Program-made: the position numbers and the translations under genes
Assembly (NCBI GenBank): GCA_032718475.1
Contig: JAUCBJ010007224.1
Span: 79,649-143,648, forward strand
DNA length: 64,000 nucleotides
Source: Nemertoderma westbladi
Lineage: Eukaryota; Animalia; Xenacoelomorpha
Direction: 5' to 3'
Notes under the pieces: model-generated
The model's input: only the letters and a program-made list of their open reading frames with translations
Database searches by the model: none
What the model was told of the DNA's origin: nothing
Shown here: positions 61,946 through 64,000 of the stretch, one piece after another
Layout: every line of letters begins with the position of its first letter
Numbering within the stretch: the stretch's first letter is position 1

Positions 61946-63926
61946 CTGAGTGTTGTACTGCAGATGGGCTTTCTCGTCCTTTAATAGACGTTGCCGTATT
62001 GACGTGTAGACGTCTTAGAGCCAGTGGATAGTTATTTATGAGTTTAGGACTTTGGCTACGCCATAACATCCCTACCTCATAATGTCTGTCCTCCGTCTGT
62101 CGGATAGTATCTTTCATGATCTTCAGAGATTGTTTCTCCTGTTCCGACATACAAGGTTCGTAGCTACCAGGTTCAGCTGTATCTTGTTCTAACCACCTGA
62201 TAGTCTTCTCCGTTAATTCTTTGTCCAGTGCAGCTTGTTCCATTTGATGATTTCTCAATGCGTCATCATCGATATCGACGGGCCTCGTTGATGTCGTTGG
62301 GGTAGGTAGACTCGCAAGCCTTCCGGCGTTATCATCTGTCGTCGATGGAATCTCTAGCTGACTCGTCTTCTCCCCAAGTTCTAAACTCACCTGGTGGGTT
62401 AGCTGCTCCTTGTGACTTATCATACTAGTTACACGTCTGTTATGTTTTGTCGACTGTAGTGTAGTATGGTTCACGTCGTGTGAGAAGGAATGAATTGAAT
62501 TTGTAGTTAATAAACTACATGTACTTTGTACATCGTCTTCCTGGTCACTTACGTCTAGTGTGCGCACAGGCGCTCGAGTATACCAGCCTATCGGCGTTCT
62601 ACAGGCGTATGCGTTTCCCGCTACGACTGCCGATGGTCTGGTTTCCCACACCTGATGTAGGTTGAATTGGTCCGTCCCGATCAGCATGGCTACCGATCTA
62701 TAATTGACAGGACATTCGGGTACACCAAGGTGTCTGAAATACTTACGGTCCTCCAAGGATTGTTCTGGGACCGGACCTAGTAGGTTACTAAAGTCTTTGG
62801 TGGCCGCAAAGGTCAAATCCTTGAAGGGTAACAAAGACCTCTCCCTCTCGCTGTGTTGCGATTTCGGAAGAAGAGAGTCTAAGTTTAACTTGACTCGTGT
62901 CACTGGTATTGCACGCTGTCCGTGCATACTACTTACGGTATAACTGACACGCTTACCTTGTCTGAGATCCGTCACGACGTCAGCTATCTTTTCATCCACG
63001 TAACTGTGAGATGAGGCTGAATCTAGAATAGCGTAGATTCTCTTACTCCCCTTTGTGCCAGTAATCTTAATCGGAATTACACTAAATCCCTTTAGTTGGT
63101 CAGTAGTCAGAAGCGCGATCGATGGCTGTTCATACGTCGAATATACGTCGTCGTCTTCTGACTCTTCGTCCGACGATCCGGATTGTTCTGAGAAGCAATC
63201 CTCAATATGGGTCACGAAAGTTGGAGTCGTTTTCGATTCTCGTTTTCTGTAGGCCGCATCACATCTCGCTGCTGCTTCCGGGTGTTCCCTGGCGAAGCGT
63301 TTTGTCGGTGTGTGGCTGTCTGTGTGGAGCAGACCGTCGTGGTTGCGTCCACAGGATGGACAAGTGTCGGTATTTGGGCAATCTTTGCGCACGTGTCCGT
63401 GTCGCGTACACCGCCAACAAGAGTCTAATGGCCGTATCTGCAGCCGTCGTTCTTCTGAGTTTAACTCACGAAACTGTCGACAACCCCTCAACTTGTGACC
63501 GATATACCGCTTGCCTAAATGCTCGCAGTATTGGCAGCCGCTGAAGTCGGTGCTGAGTTGCTGTCTCGTCTGTTTTGTCCCAATGGGCGCAGATACCCTA
63601 CTACCGTCCGAGAATTGTCGGGTTTCCGTCGATGTGGCATAAGTGGCCGTCTTGGTGGATGTTGTCTGGGGTTTTTGTCGGTTGGAGGATGGCAAGGTGA
63701 TCCCTTCTGCTACGATGTGCTGGTCAGTGTAGTTGGATCGAGTTTCTACAACTGCTTCCCTGGATATCAAAAGGTACACATCCTCCAGTTTTAAGAATCC
63801 ACCCCGCTCTTCCCGCTGGTATTCGATCTTTCTCCACTCCCGACGAAGTCGATGGTGGAGTCGTCCTATGATCTTTAATAGGACTGTAGGGGTATTCCCG
63901 TAGTCAAGTTGTCCAATGGATCTCAA
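61926..63926 (-). CDS. gag: BEL/Pao Gag C-terminus and protease (frameshift to pol near 62000)
   Basis: CQYC..HKLRGC, CWRCTRHGHVRKDC, CPSCGRNHDGLLH; AILDSAS; YEVGMLWR..NNYPLALRRL. Confidence 0.9.
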   Translation of the reverse strand: MRSIGQLDYGNTPTVLLKIIGRLHHRLRREWRKIEYQREERGGFLKLEDVYLLISREAVVETRSNYTDQHIVAEGITLPSSNRQKPQTTSTKTATYATSTETRQFSDGSRVSAPIGTKQTRQQLSTDFSGCQYCEHLGKRYIGHKLRGCRQFRELNSEERRLQIRPLDSCWRCTRHGHVRKDCPNTDTCPSCGRNHDGLLHTDSHTPTKRFAREHPEAAARCDAAYRKRESKTTPTFVTHIEDCFSEQSGSSDEESEDDDVYSTYEQPSIALLTTDQLKGFSVIPIKITGTKGSKRIYAILDSASSHSYVDEKIADVVTDLRQGKRVSYTVSSMHGQRAIPVTRVKLNLDSLLPKSQHSERERSLLPFKDLTFAATKDFSNLLGPVPEQSLEDRKYFRHLGVPECPVNYRSVAMLIGTDQFNLHQVWETRPSAVVAGNAYACRTPIGWYTRAPVRTLDVSDQEDDVQSTCSLLTTNSIHSFSHDVNHTTLQSTKHNRRVTSMISHKEQLTHQVSLELGEKTSQLEIPSTTDDNAGRLASLPTPTTSTRPVDIDDDALRNHQMEQAALDKELTEKTIRWLEQDTAEPGSYEPCMSEQEKQSLKIMKDTIRQTEDRHYEVGMLWRSQSPKLINNYPLALRRLHVNTATSIKGRESPSAVQHSDGDVFD

Positions 63927-64000
63927 AGTAGTGATAGCGTTCTTTATCTCGTCAGCCAGTTTTAATAAGTCGACGGGTTTAGTGATAGCCCCTCAGTAGT

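Larger units (their letters stand above)
53063..64000 (-). mobile_element. BEL/Pao LTR retrotransposon copy 3, near-intact, runs off the window end
   Basis: gag-PR, RT-RH-IN, extra ORF, AT-rich 3' region, PPT-like GGAGCGG at 54990-54996. Left boundary is a guess. Confidence 0.85.

Noticed and set aside
61926-62010. Programmed gag-pol frameshift in BEL copy 3
   Set aside because: BEL elements usually have a single ORF, no slippery heptamer is evident, and the break in copy 1 falls at a different position; more likely a mutation or sequencing error.
1-64000. Uni-strand piRNA cluster
   Set aside because: BEL, Tc1 and Helitron pieces are on the minus strand but Gypsy, LINE, Chapaev and Sola pieces are on the plus strand; the bias is not decisive without small-RNA data.

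Overview
Eukaryotic (invertebrate-like, AT-rich, GT-AG intron-containing) DNA that is almost entirely a nested pile of transposable elements. I found no conventional host gene. Main contents: (1) an inverted pair of tRNA-like, SINE-type units with a hammerhead ribozyme between the Pol III A and B boxes (277-692); (2) an intact IS630/Tc1-type DDE transposase ORF fused to an N-terminal RING-H2 finger (1654-2859); (3) three BEL/Pao LTR retrotransposons on the minus strand. The first is degraded (5688-11546). The second is a young, LTR-complete, RT-less deletion derivative with 1247-bp LTRs and an ATGTT target duplication (25601-36922); its primer site looks self-priming. The third is near-intact and carries an extra triple zinc-knuckle ORF after integrase (about 53063-64000); (4) a GC-rich Ty3/Gypsy element with an LADD RT motif (16077-21700); (5) Helitron-like Rep relics, plus RTE-like LINE, Chapaev3-like, Sola1-like and other transposase fragments, MITEs and minisatellites; (6) an orphan spliced gene or pseudogene pair (12623-14765). 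All family assignments come from motif recognition by eye; no searches were run.
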